A stretch of DNA of 64,000 nucleotides from Dendrobates tinctorius (Eukaryota), in contig NW_027361812.1 in NCBI RefSeq assembly GCF_039654945.1, positions 15,810,001 through 15,874,000 of the forward strand, in the 5' to 3' direction. Every line of letters begins with the position of its first letter. Position 1 is the stretch's first letter. The notes under the pieces were generated by a model. It saw nothing but the letters and a program-made list of their open reading frames with translations. It did not search any database and was not told the DNA's origin. A program made the position numbers and the translations under genes. Below are positions 1 to 12,263 of the stretch, piece by piece.

Positions 1-176
1 AGTAGTAGTTATAGTAGTAGTAGTTGCAGTAGCAGCAGCATTAGTTTTTTTTTGTATTATTATTGCTATTAACATTATTGTTATTTAAATCATTCTCATT
101 ATTTTATTAGAATTATTGCTATTATTTTAGAAGCAAGCATCGTTTTTCATTACCAAAGTACGTTCTGATAGACGTA

Positions 177-2854
177 ATGCAACCTAGGACTGCTGGCATA
201 TCATACTTTTTGAAGGTTATAATGCAGCCCACTACTACTGCCATATTGTACTTTTTGGCAGCAATATTGCAGCCTAGGACTGCTGGCATATTATACTTTT
301 TGGTAGCAATAATGAGCTTAGGACTGCTGGCATATTATACTTTTTGGTAGCAATAATGAGCTTAGGACTGCTGGCATATTATACTTTTTGGTAGCAATAT
401 TGCAGCCTAGGACTGCTGGCATATTATACTTTTTGGTAGCAATAATGAGCTTAGGACTGCTGGCATATTATACTTTTTGGTAGCAATATTGCAGCCTAGG
501 ACTGCTGGCATACTATACTTTTTGGTAGCAATATTGCAGCCTAGGATTGCTGTTATATTACACTTTTTGATAGCTATATTGCAGCCTAGGACTGCTGGCA
601 TACTATACTTTTTGGTAGCAATATTGCAGCCTAGGACTGCTGTTATATTATACTTTTTGGTAGCTATATTGCAGCCTAGGACTGCTGGCACATTACACTT
701 TTTGGCAGCTATATTGCAGCCTAGGACTGCTGGCATATTACACTTTTTGGTAGCAATATTGCAGCCTAGGACTGCTGGCATATTATACTTTTTGGTAGCA
801 ATAATGCAGCTTAGGACTGCTGGCATATTACACTTTTTGGTAGCAATATTGTAGCCTAGGACTGCTGGCATATTATACTTTTTGGTAGCAATAATGCAGC
901 TTAGGACTGCTGGCATATTACACTTTTTGGTAGCAATATTGTAGCCTAGGACTGCTGGCATATTACACTTTTTGGTAGCAATATTGTAGCCTAGGACTGC
1001 TGGCATATTATACTTTTTGGTAGCAATAATGCAGCTTAGGACTGCTGGCATATTACACTTTTTGGTAGCAATATTGCAGCCTAGGATTGCTGGCATATTA
1101 CACTTTTTGGTAGCTATATTGCAGCCTAGGACTGCTGGCATATTATACTTTTTGGTAGCTATATTGCAGCCTAGGACTGCTGGCATATTACACTTTTTGG
1201 CAGCTATATTGCAGCCTAGGACTGCTGGCACATTACACTTTTTGGCAGCTGTATTGCAGCCTAGGACTGCTGGCATATTATACTTTTTGGTAGCAATATT
1301 GTAGCCTAGGACTGCTGGCATATTACACTTTTTGGTAGCAATATTGCAGCCTAGGACTGCTGGCATATTATACTTTTTGGTAGCAATAATGCAGCTTAGG
1401 ACTGCTGGCATATTACACTTTTTGGTAGCAATATTGTAGCCTAGGACTGCTGGCATATTACACTTTTTGGTAGCAATATTGCAGCCTAGGACTGCTGGCA
1501 TATTATACTTTTTGGGAGCTATATTGCAGCCTAGGACTGCAGGCATATTATACTTTTTGGTAGCTATATTGCAGCCTAGGACTGCTGGCATATTATACTT
1601 TTTGGTAGCTATATTGCAGCCTAGGACTGCTGGCATATTATAATTTTTGGTAGCAATATTGCAGCCTAGGACAGCTGACATATTATACTTTTTGGTAGCT
1701 ATATTGCAGCCTAGGACTGCTGGCATATTATACTTTTTGGTAGCTATATTGCAGCCTAGGACTGCTGGCATATTATACTTTTTGATAGCTATATTGCAGC
1801 CTAGGACTGCTGGCATATTATAGTTTTTGGTAGCAATAATGCAGCCTAGGACTGCTGGCATATTACACTTTTTGGTAGACATAATGCAGCCTAGGACTGC
1901 TGGCACATTATACTTTTTGGTAGCAATATTGCAGCTTAGGACTGCTGGCATATTATAGTTTTTGGTAGCAATATTGCAGCCTAGGACTGCTGGCATATTA
2001 CACTTTTTGGTAGCTATATTGCAGCCTAGGACTGCTGGCATATTATAGTTTTTGGTAGCAATATTGCAGCCTAGGACTGCTGGCATATTATACATTTTGG
2101 TAGCAATATTGCAGCCTAGGACTGCTGGCATATTATAGTTTTTGGTAGCTATATTGCAGCCTAGGACTGCTGGGACATTACACTTTTTGGTAGCTATATT
2201 GCAGCCTAGGACTGCTGGAACATTACACTTTTTGGTAGCTATATTGCAACTTAGGACTGCTGGCATATTACACTTTTTGGTAGCAATAATGCAGCCTAGG
2301 ACTGCTGGCATATTATAGTTTTTGGTAGCTATATTGCAGCCTAGGACTGCTGGGACATTACACTTTTTGGTAGCTATATTGCAGCCTAGGACTGCTGGAA
2401 CATTACACTTTTTGGTAGCTATATTGCAACTTAGGACTGCTGGCATATTACACTTTTTGGTAGCAATAATGCAGCCTAGGACTGCTGGCATATTATAGTT
2501 TTTGGTAGCAATATTGCAGCTTAGGACTGCTGGCATATTATAGTTTTTGGTAGCTATACTGCAGCCTAGGACTGCTGGAACATTACACTTTTTGGTAGCT
2601 ATATTGCAACTTAGGACTGCTGGCATATTACACTTTTTGGTAGCAATAATGCAGCCTAGGACTGCTGGCATATTATAGTTTTTGGTAGCAATATTGCAGC
2701 TTAGGACTGCTGGCATATTATAGTTTTTGGTAGCAATATTGCAGCTTAGGACTGCTGGCATATTATACTTTTTGGTAGCTATATTGCAGCTTAGGACTGC
2801 TGGCATATTATAGTTTTTGGTAGCAATATTGCAGCCTAGGACTGCTGGCATATT
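177..2854. repeat. 45-bp minisatellite array (~59 units) in the hoxc8 intron
   Basis: Unit GCAGCCTAGGACTGCTGGCATATTATACTTTTTGGTAGCAATATT repeated head-to-tail. Units are degenerate at the left edge, with a few shorter (deletion) units around 300-450. Explains the 15-aa periodic ORFs on both strands. Confidence 0.98.
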
Positions 2855-3005
2855 AATCATACACTCGTTGCAGTACATATATGGTGTTGGGGGTCTGATT
2901 TTCCATGTGGTGGGCTTCTGATGACTGCATGCACACAAGGCTCTCCTGGAGCTGATCCTGGAGGTGGTAAGCAGTAATGGCTGTGTTTTGTTTTGCTGTA
3001 CCCAG

Positions 3006-3298
3006 CCCCCGGAAGACGCAGTGGAAGGCAGACTTACAGCCGGTACCAGACATTAGAGCTAGAGAAAGAATTCCTGTTCAACCCTTACTTGACGAGGAAA
3101 CGAAGGATTGAGGTCTCCCACGCCCTGGGACTGACTGAGAGGCAGGTCAAAATCTGGTTTCAGAACAGGAGGATGAAATGGAAAAAGGAGAACAACAAAG
3201 ATAAACTCCCCGGATCTAGAGATGAAGAGAAGACAGAGGAAGAAGTGAACGATGAAGAAGAGAAGGAAGAGGAGGAGAAGGAAGAGAGCAAAGAGTGA
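3006..3298 (+). CDS. hoxc8: Homeobox protein Hox-C8, exon 2 (homeodomain + acidic tail); exon 1 lies upstream of the window
   Basis: Acceptor ...tgtacccAG at 3004-3005, phase 1. Encodes (A)[75 protein letters not shown]...; the paralogue-8 homeodomain with KDKLPG and a Glu-rich tail is typical of HoxC8. Synteny with hoxc6 and hoxc5. Confidence 0.97.
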
Positions 3299-3469
3299 CC
3301 TGACCCTGTGCTGGGGGATAAGACTCCCTGTGTATGAATGGCAATGTCTGTTTGTGTGAAAGTATTCAATTCTCCATTAAAACTTTGGTTTTATGATACA
3401 AGTAAAGCCAAAATAGTTTATGATGCTTGTTTGAACATTGGGGGGGGGGGGTGTAGGGGGGCAGAGGGG

Positions 3470-4406
3470 ACAACATGAACTACCTGTCACACGTTCCAGC
3501 CTTGTCTTCTGGTCAGGACTTCACATTGCATTTTTTTTGCTGTGGTTTATGTGGAAAAAGGGGGCATTTACATTACATTCTTATTTATGTCCTACAAAGT
3601 CCTACGAAATAGGCTAATAACTTATAAAAGTGAAGGAAGCATACAGGGATTACCACTGGTATGATTTCCAGCAGACTGACATTTCTTTCAACCACAATAG
3701 TATTAATTCCTTTTTATGTGAAATAAAACTACCTATTCTATTGTTTAGAGGACCATTGAGGGCCTCGAAATGTAACCTGTGTTTATTCAAAGTTCTGTAT
3801 TCAAGTATGGGGAGAGGGGGGCAGCACATACCCTACTTTGTTAATTTGATTTTTTTTTTATTGGTATTATGTATTTGTCAACGTTTAGTATAATGCAGTC
3901 CATATAGCTCTAGACAACCTCTGCCACTGTCACACTTATCAGTACAGGGGGTTTGATCCCAAGCTGAAGCAGAGTGTGTGCACATGGCTCATAATTAAAA
4001 AAAAACAAAACAAAACTATCCGAATATGTAGCTGTTATGACAGGCCACAGATATTTCTTATTTTATCTTCCATCTTGTAACGTTATGGGTTTAACATAGC
4101 TGTGTGAGCACTTCAATCCTCCTTGTACTACCTAAAGGGATCAGGCAATAACTGTACCACATGTGGGGTGGACTTCTACACATACATCCCCAACAGAAGA
4201 TGGTCAGACTTCCATTGACTGGCAATGATGTCCAACATGCAAGCTACTGAGTAGCCCATGCAACCTGAGACTTGCAATGTAACTTATAATAATGATGATG
4301 AGAATAATAATAACTACCTATAGAAGGAGACGCTATCGGGAAGTATTTGTAACGCAATTTTTATGTTGTTTTTTTGCTGCTTTATCCCAACAACTGAAAC
4401 TGCCTA
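3470..4406 (+). promoter_or_regulatory. Cluster of five miR-196 target sites in the hoxc8 3'UTR
   Basis: ACAACATGAACTACCT (3470-3485); ACTACCTA 8-mers at 3728-3735, 4127-4134 and 4313-4320; extended site CCCAACAACTGAAACTGCCTA (4386-4406). miR-196 is UAGGUAGUUUCAUGUUGUUGGG. Confidence 0.9.
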
Positions 4407-4537
4407 CATGGACGCACATCTAATGACTGTGTTTCTTTTATCGTGCTTTTACAGTAGTTTAGGACTAAATTGCACTGAATGTAAAGTTACCTATTTGTCT
4501 TGACCTTATCTGTTAACGCAAGAGCTTGAGGTATTAA

Positions 4538-4664
4538 AATAAAAAAATAAAAAAAAAAATAATAAAGCGTAAAAAAATAAAAATAAAAAATGAAATAGTC
4601 TTTGTTTTATTTCTGTATAAGCCTAGTTACACGTGTTCTCAACCTATGAATGTAGCAGATTAAA
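4538..4664 (+). terminator. Candidate hoxc8 polyadenylation signals
   Basis: Several AATAAA hexamers from 4538 and ATTAAA at 4659-4664, downstream of the last miR-196 site. Confidence 0.55.
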
Positions 4665-6214
4665 CCATGAACCTGTTCCTGGACAAAATAACATTTGTAT
4701 TGTATACGTGAAACATGAAATGATATTATAAGAATTAAAAATGAGAATAAACATGATTTTAAAAATGATAGCTTGACTCTTTATGTGATGTTCTATACAT
4801 TCCTAGCACATCAGGGATGGAGTAAATAGAATATAGCTAGTTAGATGGATAGATAGATAGTTATATNNNNNNNNNNNNNNNNNNNNNNNNNNNNNNNNNN
4901 NNNNNNNNNNNNNNNNNNNNNNNNNNNNNNNNNNNNNNNNNNNNNNNNNNNNNNNNNNNNNNNNNNNNNNNNNNNNNNNNNNNNNNNNNNNNNNNNNNNN
5001 NNNNNNNNNNNNNNNNNNNNNNNNNNNNNNNNNNNNNNNNNNNNNNNNNNNNNNNNNNNNNNNNNNNNNNNNNNNNNNACAGAGAGATAAATAGATAATT
5101 GATAGATAATAGATAGATTGATAGATAGGAGATATATAGATATATATAGATAATACATAGATAGATAATAGATAGATACAGACATAGATAGATATATAGA
5201 AAGAAATTGGATAGATAGATAGATAGATAGATACTGAAATACAAACATGTATACATAAATCCATACATGAAGAAAAAGTTGAGCATATGAATAAAAATTA
5301 AGTTGTGAACAGAGCAAGGATCAGTGAATTATGTGTTTCCCCCGACATTATATATATATAGAGGCACACGTGTTTTTCAGTGGGTTTTTTTTTGTTATAC
5401 CTACCTACATAACCTTCAGTTATTTATAATATTGTGCAATTTAATCAGGACAGAAACATTGAGAATAGGTTGCAATCTCTATAAACACACATAGATAAAG
5501 AATAGATAGACCTTATTATCTATATATCTTTCTTTCTGCAATACAACACTAACCGGAAGCTTTTGCGATCCTCCGAACAAAAAAAAAGTTAAAGAACCTG
5601 ACCAAGCATCATCCAGACTTGTTCAGCACGAGAGACAGCAGGCATGTGGTAAAGCAATAACTGAAGGGAAATAAAACCATAAAACAGCTCCCAAAAGCTG
5701 CAGCAAATGTACAGCCAGGCGACAGTCATTTCCTGAAGGTGTCCTGGGCATATGGGCATTAAACCAGGAAAGCAACTCAGATGAGGGGATTTTCACAAGA
5801 CTGCTTTCTTCATTGTACCTGAAGGTGACACTCAGTTTACACCTCCAAAACTATGGAAGTGACACACATTTCCACTCTCACAGCAATAAGGACTAATGCT
5901 AAAGGCAGTAAACACAATTGCTGGAGTAGGGATGCAGCTGCATTTACTACTTTTACTGAACTAATAAATAATGTANNNNNNNNNNNNNNNNNNNNNNNNN
6001 NNNNNNNNNNNNNNNNNNNNNNNNNNNNNNNNNNNNNNNNNNNNNNNNNNNNNNNNNNNNNNNNNNNNNNNNNNNNNNNNNNNNNNNNNNNNNNNNNNNN
6101 NNNNNNNNNNNNNNNNNNNNNNNNNNNNNNNNNNNNNNNNNNNNNNNNNNNNNNNNNNNNNNCAGTTAGAAATAGGGCGCAAAGCCTCACAGGCATATAC
6201 CAGTTTTTGTGAAG

Positions 6215-6421
6215 AACATAAAAAAAGATTGAGTCAGCACACCATGTTACAGTTGAAAAAAGGTGTTCTTTAATAGCTCATATGGTGATGTTTCGGTCCT
6301 AGGTGTGGACCTTTCTCAAGAGAAAGGTCCACACCTAGGACCGAAACGTCACCATATGAGCTATTAAAGAGCACCTTTTTTCAACTGTAACATGGTGTGC
6401 TGTCTCAATCTTTTTTATGTT
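6215..6421. mobile_element. ~207-bp near-perfect hairpin of inverted Penelope-like termini with hammerhead-like motif
   Basis: Arms pair over ~100 bp around centre 6318-6319. The minus strand reads CTTGAGAAA-GGTCC-acaccta-GGACC-GAAAC; the plus arm reads GGACCGAAACGTC...ATTAAA...GTGCTG. Abuts (ATCT)n. Confidence 0.7.
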
Positions 6422-6559
6422 ATCTATCTGTCTGTATCTATCTATCTATCTATCTATCTAGCTGTCTATCTCTATATATCTACTACCTATCTATCATATC
6501 TATCTATCTATCTATCTATCTATCTACACATAAGAAAATGGAACAGAACAATATTATAA

Positions 6560-6705
6560 CTTCGAGTGCACAGGCCTCCCCAGCAATTCATCAAATACTT
6601 GCCAAAAAAGTCCATAAACAGGACTTTACACTTGAAAAAGGCTCAGTGTGAGTCCACTTTTTTCACCTTAAACTATATGAAGTGCAGCTTTCCTTTTCCC
6701 TGTTT
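6560..6705 (+). mobile_element. Internally deleted copy of the same hammerhead-like element
   Basis: CTTGAAAAA-GGCTCA-gtg-TGAGTC at 6631-6654 with GAAAC lost; AGTGCAGC end; ATCT microsatellite on both sides. Confidence 0.45.
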
Positions 6706-8269
6706 ATCTATCTATCTATCTATCTATCTATTATCAATCTATCTATACTATATTTATCTGTCTATTTATATATTATGTATCTATCTGTTTATTATCTATC
6801 TATCTATCCAATATCTATTTATTTATTATGTATCTACCTATTTATACTATATTTTATATATACTTATATCCTTCTAATCCTTCTAGCTATCTGTTTATAG
6901 TGCACATATAGTTGTTCTGTCTTTCTGCATGTGNNNNNNNNNNNNNNNNNNNNNNNNNNNNNNNNNNNNNNNNNNNNNNNNNNNNNNNNNNNNNNNNNNN
7001 NNNNNNNNNNNNNNNNNNNNNNNNNNNNNNNNNNNNNNNNNNNNNNNNNNNNNNNNNNNNNNATCTACCTGATTAGATTAATTTGGCATTCTGAAGACTG
7101 CTACTTGATTGAAACAAGAATCTCTTCTGTTTACATCAGTTTTCGTCCAGCAAAAGAAAAAATCTTGTTAGAATTTTTTTTAATAATTTATTTAAATATA
7201 TCTATTTGTGAAGATTTTTTTTAGAACCTGAGTATTATTATTGTCAATCTATATATAATCGATGCAGCCAATTATCATCGATTGCTTCTCCAGTATTGGT
7301 AGCACTGAGGCTCTTTTCTACACACATGAAGCATGTATTTTTTATGCATAAGTCTGTATGAGTTTAAATGAAATAAATATTGTTAAAACATTTCTATACA
7401 ACCATAAGTAGTAGAGTAAATCCAGACTATCATCATATGAAGCTATACAATCCAAGAGTGATATTTGTTGTCGTTAGTCTCATATTAATCTATGTAGCGC
7501 AATAGCAATATTATGAAGAAGAAATATCCCTGTTTCTGCAGTCACAGAACCTTTTGCTTCTCTCTTGATGTTAGGGTAATATTTGGTAACAACACTATGA
7601 TGTGTGACAAGTGCTTGATTATTGCTAGTTGCAGGGGGTGTCTGTAGTGTATGTTTTGCATCATAATCGATACTGTAATGAATATGAGATGTAAAGTTAT
7701 GTGCATGGTCCATATAAATCTACCACATAGGCTATATATGCTCTATATGCCCTATAGATTGGTCATAGAAATATTGATGATATTATGCGATTTTTTTTTT
7801 GTAAAGTCAACAGCACCAAAATAAAAATTAGATTGTGTTTATTTGCTTAAATTCTTCTAGCATCTGTAATGTTCTATGGATAGAAAAAAAGTAATTTGGG
7901 TATAATGTGCCTGTTCACCAAGGCCTGTCTGCAAATGATCAGTGCTGCCTATTGATGACTGGCAATGGGCGCCCATAACACGCCTGAAGGAGGCGAGAGG
8001 AATTCTGTCAGCGCTTTTTCTTATATTAACCAATCTAAATTTTCTTCTAGACTCATTTAAGAAAAGAAGGCAATAATTCATGTGAAAGCTAAGCGAGAGC
8101 ACTGTTCATATTCATTTAATTTAAAATTTGAAACAAGGAAACATAAGCGTTATATGGAGGCTATAAAAGTCTGATAACACAATCTACACTGTGTCCTGCA
8201 GGCTGGAAATGACCATAATGGCGTGTATGTATGAAATAGTGACAAAACTATGATAATAGGAAAACCCTA

Positions 8270-8327
<58 letters not shown>

Positions 8328-8386
8328 GTCTATCTATTATCTATCGATTTATATATCTATCTAACTATCTAAAAATAAAAATAATA

Positions 8387-8618
8387 AACAGCACAAAAAA
8401 TATAATAGGGTACTAAAAGCCTTCCAGGCATGTACCAAACCTTTACAATAGATACAAAAAAAAATGATGAATGCAGCACACCTTTAGAAATGTCATGTGC
8501 AGTTTATTGTCCCATGTCCAACGTTTCGGTCCCAAGTGTGAAGAAAGGTTTACTCTTGGGACCAAAACTTTGCACATGGGCCAATAAACTGCACATGACA
8601 TTTCTAAAGGTGTGCTGC
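8387..8618. mobile_element. Hairpin element (arms 8473-8618) of the Penelope-like/hammerhead-like family
   Basis: GCAGCAC...GTGCTGC termini, TTTATT/AATAAA in the arms, ACGTTTCGGTCC in the left arm, TGAAGAAAGGTTT...GGGACCAAAAC centre. The leader AATAGGG..AAAGCCT..CAGGCAT.TACCA is shared with 6171-6202. Next to (TATC)n. Confidence 0.65.
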
Positions 8619-9202
8619 CTNNNNNNNNNNNNNNNNNNNNNNNNNNNNNNNNNNNNNNNNNNNNNNNNNNNNNNNNNNNNNNNNNNNNNNNNNNNNNNNN
8701 NNNNNNNNNNNNNNNNNNNNNNNNNNNNNNNNNNNNNNNNNNNNNNNNNNNNNNNNNNNNNNNNNNNNNNNNNNNNNNNNNNNNNNNNTAGATACATAGA
8801 TAAGTAAACAGAAAGATCTTTAGATAGATAAAAAATATAGAGAGATCATAGAAAAATAGATCCATAGATAGATAGATATTAAATAGAAAGAAGATAGATA
8901 AATAGATATTAGATAGATAGACAAATGGATAAATAGATAGATAGACAAACAATCAGATAGAGAGATGGACAGACAGACAGAAAACATAGGCAGCAATACA
9001 ACACTGCAAAAAGTGTTGTAATTTTAGTCAGAGTCACTGTACACATATGCCAATAAAAAGGGTTGCTGTTTTTTTGAATAGAAAGTTGCTTGAACTGCTG
9101 CCTACATTTTTTTTTTTTACATTTTTTTTTTGTATTTCTATGTAGCCAGGATGTTGGATTACCACCTATGGGCTGGCACTGCCTACCTGCTTGGGTAGCT
9201 TC

Positions 9203-9271
<69 letters not shown>

Positions 9272-9559
9272 ATATATATAAAAAAAATCTAGTGACACCT
9301 CTCAAAAATTTTCTGCTTGAAAAATATCCCCATTTAACAAAAATTTTTGAGTAATGTGTTTGAAAGCCATTTTATGACACAAGACAAAGATTAGTATTTA
9401 TAACGATGAAACAGCAAACCCATGGTCTCGTGTGTCTCACATACATATGTATAGAGACACACTGACACACACATTTATATATATATATATTGTATGCAAT
9501 ACAGAGGATTTTAAATTCCCCCTAATTTGATATTTCCTTGTGTTTAGACACTTGCTCGG

Positions 9560-9640
9560 TGGTATTTATGGCCGCCATCTCCGTACAAATGGCGCTGGTA
9601 GATGGCTCCTAAAAATAGATAGGCTGCTCTTATAAAGGGG
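9560..9640. promoter_or_regulatory. Candidate conserved non-coding element (Hox/Cdx, YY1/CTCF-like motifs)
   Basis: TTTATGGCCGCCATCT...AAATGGCGCTGGTAGATGGC: CpG-retaining, motif-dense island in AT-rich surroundings. Confidence 0.4.
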
Positions 9641-10103
9641 AGAGGCGACTGGATATTTCGGTCCTGGTAGTCAGAGCTTGTAAAACTGAGTGTAGTGTGG
9701 AGACATAAAAGCTGGTTTTGATTTAGGACGCTTCCTCTTGTTGTAACTTTTAACTACCTGTTATAAAATTTATTGGTGGTTTGTAAAACGAGAATAAAAG
9801 AAAGTATTTCCTTCATCCGGCGCTAATGCCACTTCGCTCCCATTGTTGCCTCGACGATTAGGGAGAGCACAAAATCACTGCTTCCATTTCTCAGGAAGTA
9901 AAAACAAAAATAAAAAAAAAACAAGAAATAAACAAACAAAGAAACTGACAACAACAAAAAAAAGTAGACATTTCCCCTCAACCCCCCATTCCCCCAAGAT
10001 TATATGCATATATTTTATCTACATATATTTGGGACAAAAAAAGTATTCTCAATTGAAATTTTGAAATGCAGCCTTTTTTTTTAATTTTGTACACGAAACA
10101 CTA

Positions 10104-10136
<33 letters not shown>

Positions 10137-10367
10137 CATACACGCATATGCTCTCAAAATCATATATTAATATATACATAATACAAACAGAACACTCACA
10201 TATACTGGTATTATTTTTTATTAAATCCTGTCCTCACCAAATCAAGCGAGATGCTGCAATCTATCAGCACATGAACCCAGATTTCATTACATTTTATATC
10301 CAATCTCTGTTCATACATATGGTTATTTTTGTTATCAATGGAGGGGAGATGTAGATTTGATCACTTA

Positions 10368-10561
10368 GGCCCCGTTCACACGTTCAGTATTTGGTCAGTA
10401 TTTCACATCAGTATTTGTAAGCCAAAACCAGGAGCAGGTAAAAGATACAGAATTGGTGACGAGTTTCTATTCTACTTTTCCTCTGATTGTTTCTCACCTG
10501 GTTTTGGCTTGTAAATACTGATGTGAAATACTGACCAAATACTGACCGTGTGACCGTGGCC
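10368..10561. mobile_element. PIF/Harbinger (Tourist-like) MITE
   Basis: TIRs GGCCCCGTTCACACG / CGTGTGACCGTGGCC, long internal inverted repeats, TTA target duplication (10365-10367, 10562-10564). Confidence 0.85.
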
Positions 10562-11679
10562 TTACTTTGAAGATATCCTGAATTTATACTTGAAATATCA
10601 GATTTAGGTAATGTAGGCTGCTATGCTTCCTTTGTACCTAGTTTATGGCCTATGAAAAATGCATGACTATATGTCACAGCTATGGGGAAGAAGACAATTA
10701 GATCTAGAAAAGCTGCAGAAATGTCTGTGTGTCGGAGACACTGTATATAGTATATAGTGATATGTGTACATAGATATTTTAAAATCTGCGTGTGCACTGA
10801 GCAGACAGAGGATAGATAGAAAATAGANNNNNNNNNNNNNNNNNNNNNNNNNNNNNNNNNNNNNNNNNNNNNNNNNNNNNNNNNNNNNNNNNNNNNNNNN
10901 NNNNNNNNNNNNNNNNNNNNNNNNNNNNNNNNNNNNNNNNNNNNNNNNNNNNNNNNNNNNNNNNNNNNNNNNNNNNNNNNNNNNNNNNNNNNNNNNNNNN
11001 NNNNNNNNNNNNNNNNNNNNNNNNNNNNNNNNNNNNNNNNNNNNNNNNNNNNNNNNNNNNNNNNNNNNNNNNNNNNNNNNTTTGGTCAAAATCTAATTTA
11101 TCTGGCGAGTAAGGGAATGTATATAGGTTTAAATATACCTTGCATTAGTATACAACATATATGATTATTCTGCTCTTTGGGGGAACGCTGCATACATAAC
11201 ACACAATAATAATATTAATAGCAATGAATAAAATAATAAAAATAAATAAAAAAGTGAATCTGAAGGGAGTCATTCCACTCGCATTTTTTCCAGGCCTCTC
11301 TGCTTATGTCAATAATATTATAGAGATACCTGGTATATAGAGGTACCGGGCATCTCTGCACCTGTGTAATTATATATTGATCCCCCTAATAATCGGGATA
11401 AATTAGCTTTCTGCTCGGATCTCTGGCCTACTAGAAACCTTTGTGATCTCTTCTGAAATAATCAAATAAAATCCGCTTTTCAGCTCCTATCCCCAGCTGA
11501 GGCAAAAATAAAAAAATACACACAGGATTAATCTGCTTGAACCCTAATAAGGATGAAGCTAAAGTGAAAAAAAAAAAGAAGCTATAATGAAATAATGGAT
11601 AAATATGGCGTCAAGGAAAGACATTTGCACACGCCACAAAAATGCAGCACATTCTTGGTTGTTTGCAGAAAATTTACAG

Positions 11680-11770
11680 CTGGGCCATAAAAGTTTACGA
11701 CTGAATCACAAGTTGGATTGGCCACAGGAAGTCATGTGGACTCTCCATGAACGTGAACTTTTTATTGTGG
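11680..11770 (+). promoter_or_regulatory. Distal (PRI-type) promoter for the shared HoxC6/C5/C4 non-coding exon
   Basis: CCATAAAAGTTTACGA (Hox/Cdx sites), ATTGG (CCAAT), CAGGAAGT (ETS), GTCATGTGG, then GAACTTTTTATTGTGGTTT. The last matches my recollection of the 5' end of the mammalian shared HOXC6/5/4 exon. Lies ~10.8 kb upstream of the hoxc6 ATG. Confidence 0.65.
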
Positions 11771-12263
11771 TTTCTTATACGCAGAGCTTCTCCTTATCCC
11801 AGTCCTCCCAGTGCCAGGGACAGGGGATCAGCCGAGCTCCATGTATTCTGTAGACGTTCTAGATTCTAGACTCATCCAGATCTTCCTTTTTCCTTCTCAG
11901 TCTTGGGGACTGTTGCTGGCTTGGAGGCATTTTGGAAATAATGAATTTACTGCACCTCTTGGTCGCCTCCCCCTTTTCCACCCCTAGGGGCAAAAGCCAC
12001 TCCATCTCCTCTGGAGCAGCAGAGAATAAGGAAGCGCTGGCTTGTATATAGCTTTATTTGATTATTAGTAGTAGTAGATTTTTTTCCCTCTGCTCAGGAA
12101 GATCTCTCTCTTTTGTCCCCACCTTATTTTTTTTTTATTATTATTTATTTATTTTTTTTCCCTTGTAATGTTTTCTTGAAGCTCCACACAGGCAGCATCA
12201 CTGGATCAGACACAGGGAGAGAGAGGGAGAGAGAAGGGAGAGGGGACAGAGAGAGACAACATG
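11755..12263 (+). other. hoxc6: Candidate upstream non-coding first exon of hoxc6 (PRI transcript), possibly shared with hoxc5/hoxc4
   Basis: Begins at the conserved-type promoter, ends in a GA-rich run and a consensus donor ATG|GTAAGT at 12263/12264. An upstream promoter/exon is established for Xenopus XlHbox1 and human HOXC6. Confidence 0.6.

Noticed and set aside
177-2854. CRISPR-like regular repeat
   Set aside because: Contiguous tandem units with no unique spacers, no cas genes, eukaryotic context.
407-2938. 843-aa antisense ORF with Cys-containing 15-aa repeats (NMPAVLGCNIATKKY)
   Set aside because: It follows directly from a 45-bp (3n) stop-free unit. Unit variants are mostly non-synonymous, the called start is TTG, and the frame is broken by the shorter units at the array edge. 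No sign of protein-level selection.
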